This document shows, in pieces, positions 1 to 7,599 of a stretch of 12,050 nt of DNA. The notes beneath the pieces were generated by a model. It saw nothing but the letters and a program-made list of their open reading frames with translations, did no database searches and was not told where the DNA came from. This stretch comes from Candidatus Thorarchaeota archaeon. GTDB taxonomy: Archaea; Asgardarchaeota; Thorarchaeia; Thorarchaeales; Thorarchaeaceae. Where the stretch lies: assembly GCA_048882325.1 (NCBI GenBank), contig JBHLRS010000066.1, positions 1 through 12,050 on the forward strand, in the 5' to 3' direction. Position 1 is the first letter of the stretch; each line of letters opens with the position of its first letter. The position numbers and the translations under genes were made by a program.

Positions 1-534
1 GCATTAAGGACCCAGCAGGTACTGGCCCATGAGAGTGGAGCAGCTAATACAATCGATCCACTCGCTGGCTCCTATTATGTCGAAGCACTGACCAACGAGT
101 TGGAAGAGGAGGCCTACAAGTACTTCGAAAAGGTTGAAGCTCTTGGAGGGGTGGTTGAGGCCATCGAGAAAGGATTCTTCCAGAGAGAAATTGCTGAGGC
201 TTCATACCGTTATCAGAAGGAGATTGAAACAAAAGAGCGAACAATAGTTGGTGTCAACGACTTCGTTCTTGAAGGTGAGGAGATTACAATCCCTGTCCTG
301 AAGATAGACGCGGAGGTTGAACGCCGCCAGATTGAGCGGACCCAGAAGGTCCGAAAGGAACGTGATAACAAGAAGGTCGAGTCAGCTCTTGATGGTCTCA
401 GAAAGGCCTCAGAAGGTGAGGATAATGTTATGCCTCATGTTGTTAATGCAGTTCGAGAGTACGCAACGATCGGTGAGATTTTCGAGGTCTGGCGTGAGCT
501 CTGGGGTGAGTGGGACGAGCCCAAGATATTCTAA
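1..534 (+). CDS. Methylmalonyl-CoA mutase family (acyl-CoA mutase) large, substrate-binding subunit; 3' part, truncated at window start
   Basis: Frame 1 is open from base 1: ALRTQQVLAHESGAANTIDPLAGSYYVEALTNELEEEA...LGGVVEAIEKGFFQREI...IVGVNDF...ATIGEI..WGEW, all hallmark segments of this family. It stops at TAA 532-534 with no DxHxxG cobalamin-binding domain, indicating the split archaeal-type enzyme. Confidence 0.95.
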   Translation, partial: ALRTQQVLAHESGAANTIDPLAGSYYVEALTNELEEEAYKYFEKVEALGGVVEAIEKGFFQREIAEASYRYQKEIETKERTIVGVNDFVLEGEEITIPVLKIDAEVERRQIERTQKVRKERDNKKVESALDGLRKASEGEDNVMPHVVNAVREYATIGEIFEVWRELWGEWDEPKIF

Positions 535-541
535 TTTCCTG

Positions 542-709
542 CTAACTGTGACCCTGCACTCTCAATAGTATCATCATAATGATAGACACCGAACCAACAA
601 TTACAACAATGATTACTGAAGGAGATAGTCCTTCGTCTGTTGCTTTACAGATGCAGTCTATGTTGGTCCGACTATAGTGGATCTTGAGGATAAAATCGAG
701 CTCTTGCAC
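542..709 (-). CDS. Possible 55-aa single-pass membrane microprotein or gene remnant
   Basis: Manual translation from GTG 709 to TAG 542 gives MQELDFILKIHYSRTNIDCICKATDEGLSPSVIIVVIVGSVSIIMMILLRVQGHS, with a clean hydrophobic stretch of about 19 aa. It fills an otherwise empty gap and is absent from the ORF track. Confidence 0.3.
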   Translation of the reverse strand: MQELDFILKIHYSRTNIDCICKATDEGLSPSVIIVVIVGSVSIIMMILLRVQGHS

Positions 710-803
710 ACAGTTTCAGACCGAAACCATAATATGTGCGTATTATAGCGGGTGCCGGGAAGCATCGACGTCTTCGAGCACAACTGCGGAGTGCACCTTA
801 GAC

Positions 804-1034
804 ATGAACACTGATTGCCCTGATGGTCTTTGTAAGATCAAGATTCAAGCCGTTGACCGAGCAATAGGACACCATAAGAATGAGTGGTCAGTTCTTCTTA
901 ATGCGACAAAGAATAGTAAGGATGTCGAACATGCCTTACGTTTTTGCGAGCTTTTCAAACTAGAACCAAAAGTGAAAGTTGAGAATGACAACTATGTTGT
1001 CCTTTTCAAGAACGACCTACTAAGAGTCCTTTGA
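804..1034 (+). CDS. Small hypothetical protein with CPDGLC motif, possibly a divergent TusA/SirA-like fold
   Basis: ATG 804 has GGAG at 788-791 upstream; the frame is open back to TTG 684, so the start is uncertain. The pattern TLD...CP...D......FC......K.E...Y..L.K resembles TusA-family spacing. Confidence 0.55.
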   Translation: MNTDCPDGLCKIKIQAVDRAIGHHKNEWSVLLNATKNSKDVEHALRFCELFKLEPKVKVENDNYVVLFKNDLLRVL

Positions 1035-1040
1035 TGCTGA

Positions 1041-3194
1041 CTATCTCCCGAATCTCCTTCTCGCATAGACCGCGGTGAAGATAACAAGTAGTCCACCAAA
1101 CATGCCGGAGGCAATAACCGCTTGTTGAGGAGATAATTCAAACAATCCCTTAGTTTTGGTGGTGTTGCTTATACCAGTGCTAGTCGAGTTTGGTTGCATG
1201 CTCTCCACAAAGCTTGGGAAGTGGTCGATGTCATCATCATCGATGTAATAGTATTCCTCAGCACTCTGCAGGTCGCTCCAGCTGTTTCCCTGATCAATCT
1301 CGTTGTCCCAGCGATTTTCGGAACCTGTACATAGAGCGTTGTCTAGATTGTCAAAGACATTACCAATTATATGATTCCTGCCTGAAAGCCGATTAAGATA
1401 GATGCCAAGTTCGTTCTCAACAATCTCATTATTTCCAATCATTGTTTCATTTGTACGAAGAATGTAAATTCCAATACCATTGTATCTTATTGAATTCGAC
1501 TCAATGGCGGAACCATGAGCACCGATTAACATGATTCCGTCTTCATTATCAAGGACCTGGCAACGATATACCCGTGTTTCAAGTGACTCGTCGAATAATA
1601 TCCCAAAGCCATTACCCTGGATAATACTTCGATAGACCGAACACTGTGTAGACTGGTCAATGTAGATGCCTACCTCGTTGCTTCTTGCTTCAATATAGCT
1701 AAATAAAATATCAGTAGAATAAAGGACGTAGATGCCCCTGACTGCTTGACTGATAGTTACACCAACAATCTCACACTCTTCACTATGAAACAGAGTGATT
1801 CCTGATAGCTCGCCACTAGTGATCACAACCTCGGAGCAGACAGCCAAAATGATCTGTTCAAAATCAGCTCCGTTTAAGACAATTCTGGATTCATTGAAGA
1901 AATACCCTAGCAACCCTCCATTCACAATGTTTCCTGTGATCTCTTGGTCAAACGCACTAGGGTCTGTGACTTGGAACAATATGCCACAATCCACAAAGGT
2001 ATTGTTTGCTATAACTGAATCGATTGGCGGACCGACCTCATAGCCTATTCCAGGATACTCTTCCAAACTCACTGCGTTCAGACAATCGTACACATTGTTC
2101 TCGATGACCTGTGTGTTAATCCCCCCTTGCAGTTGAAATGCAGTGCTTACTTCATGCATCTCATTCCATCGTATCAGAGATTGTCGCGTAACTCTTGTCT
2201 TTATCCCGATAGTGCTACCCCGCGCCCCTGAAATGTCATTCAACTCAATTATGCAACTATTCGATATCTGAACATCGATACCCATGTTCTGCGCTCGAAT
2301 CCTATTGCTCGTAACGAGTGCATTTGTGGTACGTAATTGGACACCTGTCCAGACACTATACAGTGTATTATTGTCAATCTGATTGTCTATTCCATACAGA
2401 ATCTCGATACCTGATTCAAACCCATCAAACACGTTTCCTCTTATAATACCATTCAGGGACTCTCTGAAGATAAGACCAAACTGACCTATAGTTGGCATAC
2501 CTGCAATTTGGAAATAGTTGTCCTCAACGGTGCAATCAAATCCAAAAGCGAGTCTGATCGCATCAGCAGTAACATCACTAAAGAGGTTGTCTCGAATGGT
2601 CAGTCCACTGGTATACTGAACATGGATAGGGAATTGAATGTTTGAGTGTCCCTGACTGTTGCCTGAGAAAACTGAATTGTTCAGATTGTATGCCAGAAAT
2701 CCTAGAACTTGGCTTCTCAGTTGGTTGCCAGTAAAAGAACAGTTTGCTGAGTCGTATATGGTGATAGCACTATGTATCGCTGAAATATTGGAAGTACTGA
2801 TGGTGCCATGAGAAACATTATCAAATGTGACCACACCGTTTCCCCAAACAACGCCGCTTCCTGATAGCCAGCAATCACGAATCACAAAAAACTTGGATGT
2901 ATTCGCAACGGATATTGATGTGACTGAGGTCGTTATGTTCAGGTCCTCAATAATGTATGGACTTCCTTGAGTGCCCAGACCTGGCCACCCCTGCGAGTCA
3001 AAGTCTGAGTCGTTTCTTATAATGATGGGTTGGTGAGGTGAATAACTCACTAGACGAGGTTGGTCTATAATCTCATCTCTTGAACTATTGTATTCAGATT
3101 CCTTACCAATGCTGGAGATTGAAAACATCAAGAATACAACTAGTGCGCAAGTGACTGCTTTCTGCAATCGAGTGGGAGAGAGTGAATAATTCAC
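1041..3194 (-). CDS. Membrane-anchored right-handed parallel beta-helix (NosD/CASH-like) cell-surface protein
   Basis: N-terminal hydrophobic signal (AVTCALVVFLMFS), an HQPIIIRNDSDF..QGWPGLGT..SPYIIEDLNI cap, many GIxL..(S)....I..N.I..N repeats, an NRWD...GNSWSD...D.FP end cap, a Ser/Thr linker and a C-terminal TM helix followed by RRRFGR. The start is uncertain (3242, GTG 3194 or TTG 3167); the AT-rich TATA-like stretch at about 3215-3229 favours the shorter starts. Confidence 0.88.
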   Translation of the reverse strand: MNYSLSPTRLQKAVTCALVVFLMFSISSIGKESEYNSSRDEIIDQPRLVSYSPHQPIIIRNDSDFDSQGWPGLGTQGSPYIIEDLNITTSVTSISVANTSKFFVIRDCWLSGSGVVWGNGVVTFDNVSHGTISTSNISAIHSAITIYDSANCSFTGNQLRSQVLGFLAYNLNNSVFSGNSQGHSNIQFPIHVQYTSGLTIRDNLFSDVTADAIRLAFGFDCTVEDNYFQIAGMPTIGQFGLIFRESLNGIIRGNVFDGFESGIEILYGIDNQIDNNTLYSVWTGVQLRTTNALVTSNRIRAQNMGIDVQISNSCIIELNDISGARGSTIGIKTRVTRQSLIRWNEMHEVSTAFQLQGGINTQVIENNVYDCLNAVSLEEYPGIGYEVGPPIDSVIANNTFVDCGILFQVTDPSAFDQEITGNIVNGGLLGYFFNESRIVLNGADFEQIILAVCSEVVITSGELSGITLFHSEECEIVGVTISQAVRGIYVLYSTDILFSYIEARSNEVGIYIDQSTQCSVYRSIIQGNGFGILFDESLETRVYRCQVLDNEDGIMLIGAHGSAIESNSIRYNGIGIYILRTNETMIGNNEIVENELGIYLNRLSGRNHIIGNVFDNLDNALCTGSENRWDNEIDQGNSWSDLQSAEEYYYIDDDDIDHFPSFVESMQPNSTSTGISNTTKTKGLFELSPQQAVIASGMFGGLLVIFTAVYARRRFGR

Positions 3195-3306
3195 AAACTG
3201 AAAGGCATGGATTGCAATATAATATAATTGCCCCTGACGCAAATGCTCAATGTCACGCGAACCTTAAAACGAAAGATATGCTCAGTCAAAACGAGGCACG
3301 TTAGGA

Positions 3307-4575
3307 TTGCAAGGCCAGAACATCCAAGCCATTCTCATCATGGAGCGTGGAGGAATTCCGCTATTCTTCATGAAGATTGATCCTCGGGCTCAGGACTTAG
3401 ACCCGATGCTTGTGTCTGGGTTCTTCACCGCAATCCAGACTTTTTCCAAGGAGGTTGTGGACCGTCGTAGTTCTAGGTTTCAGGTTGACTATGGTGCTCG
3501 TCTGTTCACAGTTCTCTCAGGCGAGTCGACCGATCTCGTTGCTGTGAGTATGGGCGAATGTGAGGAAGATGTCATCCTAACCCTTACATCTCTTCTCGAG
3601 GAGTTTGAAGGCGTCTGGATCAAGGACCTTACTCGTGAAAAGATGGACACACTCGATATCAACACCGAGTTCTCTGACTTCAGGGAAGGTGTTCTACAAA
3701 ATCTCTCATTCAAGCAAGTTATGGGAAGCTGGATTCCGTTCTTTGTGGGGAGTCCTACTTCTAAGACAACGGAGAGTATAGTTGTCCCATTCATAGATGG
3801 TAGTAGGAATGTGGATGAGATTGTTAAAGAGAGTGGATTGAATCGTGAGGATGTAACTTTTGAAATAACTCGACTCTGGGCTTTAGGAGTTCTTCAGTTT
3901 CGTAGCATTCTTGCCCCTAGTGATGTGGTTGTGTCTACATCGAGACTCGACAGATTTCTCCAATCCTCGTCTTCGCAAAGGGAAGAGCTAGCTCGGACAA
4001 ATCCTGAATTACTTGCACTTCTTCCTCGTATGTCCACACTTTTCGATGGCCGAAGAACTGTGGGTGCAATAACCAGATTTCTCTCAGAGCAGTATTCAGA
4101 GCGTGCACTTATGCAAGCTTTCGATCTCTTGATGGAGAGTAAAGCAATCGATGTGCTTACCCCAGAAAAGAGAAGAATTCTGTTGACCAAAGAGGCCACG
4201 GAGATTGCCATCAAAGTAGCTGAGAATGTCTACTCTGAGGAGAAAGCCTACGAATATCTCGAAACTGCGCTTGCGAAAGTTGCGGTCCCAGAGGTTGTGG
4301 GTGAGGTCCATCTCACTGATGGTAAATGGGAACTGACCTATGGTTCTCGACTTCTCGAAGGACTTGATCCACGAAGATTAATGGAGCTCTATGCTGACTG
4401 GATAAAGCTGCTTGCTCAGTTTTTAGGCGCTATAGACAAGTCGAAGATAAGGACCTATGCTGAAGGTTTGACAGACGCCTACTCATCCTACCTCTTGAAA
4501 AGATACACAGCTGATGATCTAAGGGGATTCGAGGAGATCTCCTACTGGCTCGAGCTAAACTGTGTTGGGAAGTGA
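3307..4575 (+). CDS. Longin-domain protein with tandem winged-helix units (NPRL2/Npr2-like) and a C-terminal helical domain
   Basis: The N-terminal ~130 aa show the Asgard longin pattern IxAILIMxxGGIPLF...DPMLVSGFFTAIQTFSKE followed by three strands and a helix. Two DGxRxVxxI units follow (PFIDGSRNVDEI at aa 161 and FDGRRTVGAI at aa 246). TTG start with GAGG at 3293-3296. Confidence 0.8.
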   Translation: MQGQNIQAILIMERGGIPLFFMKIDPRAQDLDPMLVSGFFTAIQTFSKEVVDRRSSRFQVDYGARLFTVLSGESTDLVAVSMGECEEDVILTLTSLLEEFEGVWIKDLTREKMDTLDINTEFSDFREGVLQNLSFKQVMGSWIPFFVGSPTSKTTESIVVPFIDGSRNVDEIVKESGLNREDVTFEITRLWALGVLQFRSILAPSDVVVSTSRLDRFLQSSSSQREELARTNPELLALLPRMSTLFDGRRTVGAITRFLSEQYSERALMQAFDLLMESKAIDVLTPEKRRILLTKEATEIAIKVAENVYSEEKAYEYLETALAKVAVPEVVGEVHLTDGKWELTYGSRLLEGLDPRRLMELYADWIKLLAQFLGAIDKSKIRTYAEGLTDAYSSYLLKRYTADDLRGFEEISYWLELNCVGK

Positions 4576-4581
4576 AAAAAG

Positions 4582-4911
4582 ATGACAGAAGCTGAAAGAC
4601 CAATTCGAAAGCTCGCAGAAATACTCAGCAGAAGAGGCCAGACAATCTATGGCAGACAAACAATAGTGGAACTCTGCTCTAAGGCAGGTGTGTCCCTCAT
4701 GAATACATTTGATGTAGGAGACCCCGACACAGACGAATCCCTTCAAAACTTCCTAGTTCAGTATTCAAGGCTCAATCCTGCGGCCAAGCTGACCATCCTC
4801 ATCCTCTCTAAGCAATACGGTGTTTCACTCCCTGAAAACCTACTTGGGAAGAAGAAAGGGCTCAAAGACCGTCTTGAATCGCTACAGGACTACCTTCCGT
4901 GGTCTCCATAG
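4582..4911 (+). CDS. Hypothetical mostly alpha-helical protein, 109 aa
   Basis: ATG lies 6 nt after the upstream stop in the same orientation. It has amphipathic helices and no recognised catalytic motif. Confidence 0.8.
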   Translation: MTEAERPIRKLAEILSRRGQTIYGRQTIVELCSKAGVSLMNTFDVGDPDTDESLQNFLVQYSRLNPAAKLTILILSKQYGVSLPENLLGKKKGLKDRLESLQDYLPWSP

Positions 4912-4975
4912 ATTTCTCTCCTTCTTCAGAAAGATTGAACTACTCTCTAGCACTCCGCAGACATGGTCGTGTGGA

Positions 4976-5488
4976 ATGAGTCCATCATATCTTTACAAGA
5001 TTGTGACAGTGGGGTCCTCAGCAGTGGGGAAGACCTCTATCATCATCCGTTACACCACAGGCAAATTCAGGGAGTACTATGCTCCAACACTTGGTGCTGA
5101 CTTTTCAGTGAAGAGCATGGAGATCGGAAGTAATCGAGTCAAGTTACAGATCTGGGACTTGGGGTCTCAGGACTTCCTTGGACATGTAAGAGCTGGTTAT
5201 TATCATGGTGCACGAGGCGTCATCTACATGTTCGATGTAACACGCCCCAATAGTCTTGAAGAGCTATGGGCGTGGAAGAAGGAGGTCGACTCCCAATTGA
5301 AGGGTGTCAAGGTTCTTGTTGTTGCAAACAAGACAGATCTCGATAAGGACAGGAGGGTGTCCCGTGAAGAGGGAGAAAAGTTTGCCAAGAAGTTCCTAGC
5401 AGAGTATGTGGAAACCTCGGTGAAACTGAACAAGGGCGTTGATGACACCTTCACAATCATGGCAAAGCGCTTGATGGTAGATGCATAG
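4976..5488 (+). CDS. Rab-like small GTPase (Ras superfamily), 170 aa
   Basis: G1 GSSAVGKTS, G2 YAPTLG, G3 WDLGSQ, G4 NKTD, G5 ETSVK. RabF-like motifs LGADF, KLQIW, YYHGA and YMFDVT are present. The start is reassigned to ATG 4976 (MSPSYLYKIVTVG). There is no C-terminal prenylation Cys. Confidence 0.95.
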   Translation: MSPSYLYKIVTVGSSAVGKTSIIIRYTTGKFREYYAPTLGADFSVKSMEIGSNRVKLQIWDLGSQDFLGHVRAGYYHGARGVIYMFDVTRPNSLEELWAWKKEVDSQLKGVKVLVVANKTDLDKDRRVSREEGEKFAKKFLAEYVETSVKLNKGVDDTFTIMAKRLMVDA

Positions 5489-5567
5489 TTTAGCTAAAGC
5501 CATCATTTTCTAATGTTGGCTGTAAGCACACATGATTACTGATAGACTCAATTTTCATTTGAGGTGG

Positions 5568-7517
5568 TTAACCGAGGATTTCTGAGAACAAATCCCTGCT
5601 CAGCTCCTGTTCAACCAGACTGACTTGCTGCTTATTCCTTCGATAATCTCGAAATGCAATGATTGCAACCACAATAATGATCTCAATCGATGCCGCAGAA
5701 ATCCCCAAAGTCGCAGCACCTAACCAATTAGGATCAGTGTTTGTGGATACATCTGGGGGTATTGTTGGAATCGCGGTGGATGGAGATGTTTCCGAAACTT
5801 CGTCAGCAGGGAGAAAGTGATAGTGTGAGTTCTTTGTCAGAGTATATGTATTTCCTGAATCATACTCTAAGAAGATATACGGGCCGCATGTGACATGAGG
5901 GTGCGTGGGATTGAAACCCGGATTCCAGTCTTCCCAATCATCAAAGCCAACAGCTCCATACTCACTGAACACATGTTTCGGCAGTATCTTGATGAAGGCG
6001 AAGTTGTTTAAGTGCCAATACGACTCAGATCCGAATTCGATTACCACTCGATAAGGTTGTTGAGCATATGCTGCGTAGAGGTCTCCAAAGGGGAGCCCTA
6101 GAGCGTGATAATGTGCACCACTCTCTAAAATGTAGGAAAAGGTGTTTGCTACATCTTCTGCTGTAAGAGGTGTTCCATCAGTCCAAGTTGCGTTTTGGAT
6201 GATATCGATGATGTACCTTTGATGATTCTCAGGTACTGCAGGGTTGTCACTATGGGTCTGAACAATACAACTTGTTGCCAGATCCATGACAGGATGTTGG
6301 GCTGGATCAAGTCTGAACAGGGAAGAATATAGACTGTCCATGACATCTTGCCAAACTCTTCCTGATCCTGTGAATACATTCAGGGTCTCAATCTCCTGAG
6401 GTATCGCGATAGGAACTATTCCTCCCGGATTGCCATCGATTCTCTTTATGTGCCTAAGGGTCCATTGGCCACTGATGTATTTTCTCAGGTCCCTGATATG
6501 GTCTTTGAATCTGTCATTCCTGTATGCCTGCATGTAGGTTGTCTCGTACACAACTAGTCTGGGTACGTTCTCATGCAGAATCATCTGCATGTGCGCAGCC
6601 GCCTCATAGACTTCATCATAGGTCACTCCATGAAGGAGCTGGTCAATCCAACCGTCGTATGTTTCATTCACGAAGTTCGTTGGGTTGCAATATGGCACAG
6701 AGGCGTGATCTCCCCTAAACTCGTATGCGAGCCACTCGACATCATTTCCAGGGTACTCACTGACATAGAAGACCATGTCAAAGTCCCCATGTTGGTCCAG
6801 TCTTGAGATGTATTCGTTGGGTGGAGTAGGACGAGTTGTCGCGTTGACATCTAAAGCCCTGAGGGCGTCGACACCAATCTGAGCTGTACCCCCGGCAATC
6901 TCAGGTGATGATGAGGCATATTCAATGACTACGTTGAATGGTGACTCATCAGGAGCCAGCCTGTAGCCTGAACCAGGGTCGATGGTGAAGCCTGCTCTAT
7001 CCAGGATCTGATTGCCTCTATCTACTTGCGCTGTATAATAGTGGTAAGGCATATCGTCCTCGATGCACCAGCCGCTAGTATAAGGCACAAGTGAGTCATG
7101 TTCCTGTGAAAAACCGTCTTTGATCTCTGACGTGACTGCGGTCTTGTCGAAAGCATACGCAAAGGCTCTTCTGAATGCACTGATATTTAATGGATACTTT
7201 CGACAGTTGATTGTAAGATGGCCGTATCCATTTTGGAGTGCAGAGAAGATATCTATTTCATAATCCCAATCTAGTGTGTTTAGATGAACAGGATCAAAGA
7301 ACGAATGGTCAATCTCAATATCCCCCTCTTGTATTGCTAGCATCCTTTGGTCTGCTAAAGGTATGACGGTATACTCGATATTATCAATATGTGGGCCTGA
7401 GTTTGGACTATGTGGAAGGGTATATCCATAATGAGTCGAAGCTGAAACCACACTGAGCCCTGACACACACACAAGAAGAAGAACGACTCCTACTGCGCTA
7501 TGGAATCTCCAATCCAC
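5568..7517 (-). CDS. ABC-type substrate-binding protein, family 5 (DppA/OppA-like), circularly permuted, with C-terminal TM anchor
   Basis: Family-5 motifs FRRAFAYAFDK, ATWTDGTPLTAEDV and VTCGPY...LTKNSHY. Signal peptide, Ser/Thr/Pro linker, TM helix and a ~27-aa tail. GTG start with GAGGAG upstream. Confidence 0.92.
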   Translation of the reverse strand: MDWRFHSAVGVVLLLVCVSGLSVVSASTHYGYTLPHSPNSGPHIDNIEYTVIPLADQRMLAIQEGDIEIDHSFFDPVHLNTLDWDYEIDIFSALQNGYGHLTINCRKYPLNISAFRRAFAYAFDKTAVTSEIKDGFSQEHDSLVPYTSGWCIEDDMPYHYYTAQVDRGNQILDRAGFTIDPGSGYRLAPDESPFNVVIEYASSSPEIAGGTAQIGVDALRALDVNATTRPTPPNEYISRLDQHGDFDMVFYVSEYPGNDVEWLAYEFRGDHASVPYCNPTNFVNETYDGWIDQLLHGVTYDEVYEAAAHMQMILHENVPRLVVYETTYMQAYRNDRFKDHIRDLRKYISGQWTLRHIKRIDGNPGGIVPIAIPQEIETLNVFTGSGRVWQDVMDSLYSSLFRLDPAQHPVMDLATSCIVQTHSDNPAVPENHQRYIIDIIQNATWTDGTPLTAEDVANTFSYILESGAHYHALGLPFGDLYAAYAQQPYRVVIEFGSESYWHLNNFAFIKILPKHVFSEYGAVGFDDWEDWNPGFNPTHPHVTCGPYIFLEYDSGNTYTLTKNSHYHFLPADEVSETSPSTAIPTIPPDVSTNTDPNWLGAATLGISAASIEIIIVVAIIAFRDYRRNKQQVSLVEQELSRDLFSEILG

Positions 7518-7588
7518 ACCTGTCTCCTCAAGTGAATTAGGGAGTTAACAGTGAAGTATCTTTGTTTCTGTGTATCTGCGGACACATT
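7517..7588 (-). promoter_or_regulatory. Upstream region of SBP paralog 1: RBS, conserved AACAAAGATACTT core and TGTGT-N8-ACACA palindrome (7569-7586)
   Basis: These blocks are conserved at near-identical spacing in 9807-9877 while the intervening bases differ. Confidence 0.65.
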
Positions 7589-7599
7589 TTGAGCGACTT

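Noticed and set aside
100-534. ORF-track start at 100 for the mutase
   Set aside because: The frame is open from base 1 with conserved mutase sequence, so the gene starts before the window.
44-568. Short ORFs 44-244 (-) and 317-568 (+)
   Set aside because: They overlap the well-supported mutase gene and show no recognisable motifs.
706-739. Weak nested inverted repeat GCACA..GTTTC-AGACC-GAAAC..TGTGC as an ncRNA or a cobalamin riboswitch near the mutase
   Set aside because: The stems are only 5 bp, no riboswitch consensus was recognised, and it lies downstream rather than upstream of the mutase.
1041-3194. Nitrous oxide reductase (nos) function for the NosD-like protein
   Set aside because: No nosZ/F/Y/L neighbours. 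The repeat is a generic beta-helix common in archaeal surface proteins.
1190-4746. Antisense ORFs 1190-1396, 1795-2043, 3489-3794, 3894-4214, 4096-4311 and 4555-4746
   Set aside because: Shadow ORFs opposite longer, motif-supported genes.
4820-4975. 52-aa N-terminal extension of the GTPase given in the ORF track
   Set aside because: It overlaps the upstream gene by 92 nt and looks non-globular. ATG 4976 gives the standard short lead-in to the first strand and G1.
5489-5567. TTTAGCTAAA palindrome (5489-5498) and T/A tracts between the convergent genes as a terminator
   Set aside because: Too short and AT-rich to distinguish from chance. Termination here is likely but the site cannot be pinned down.
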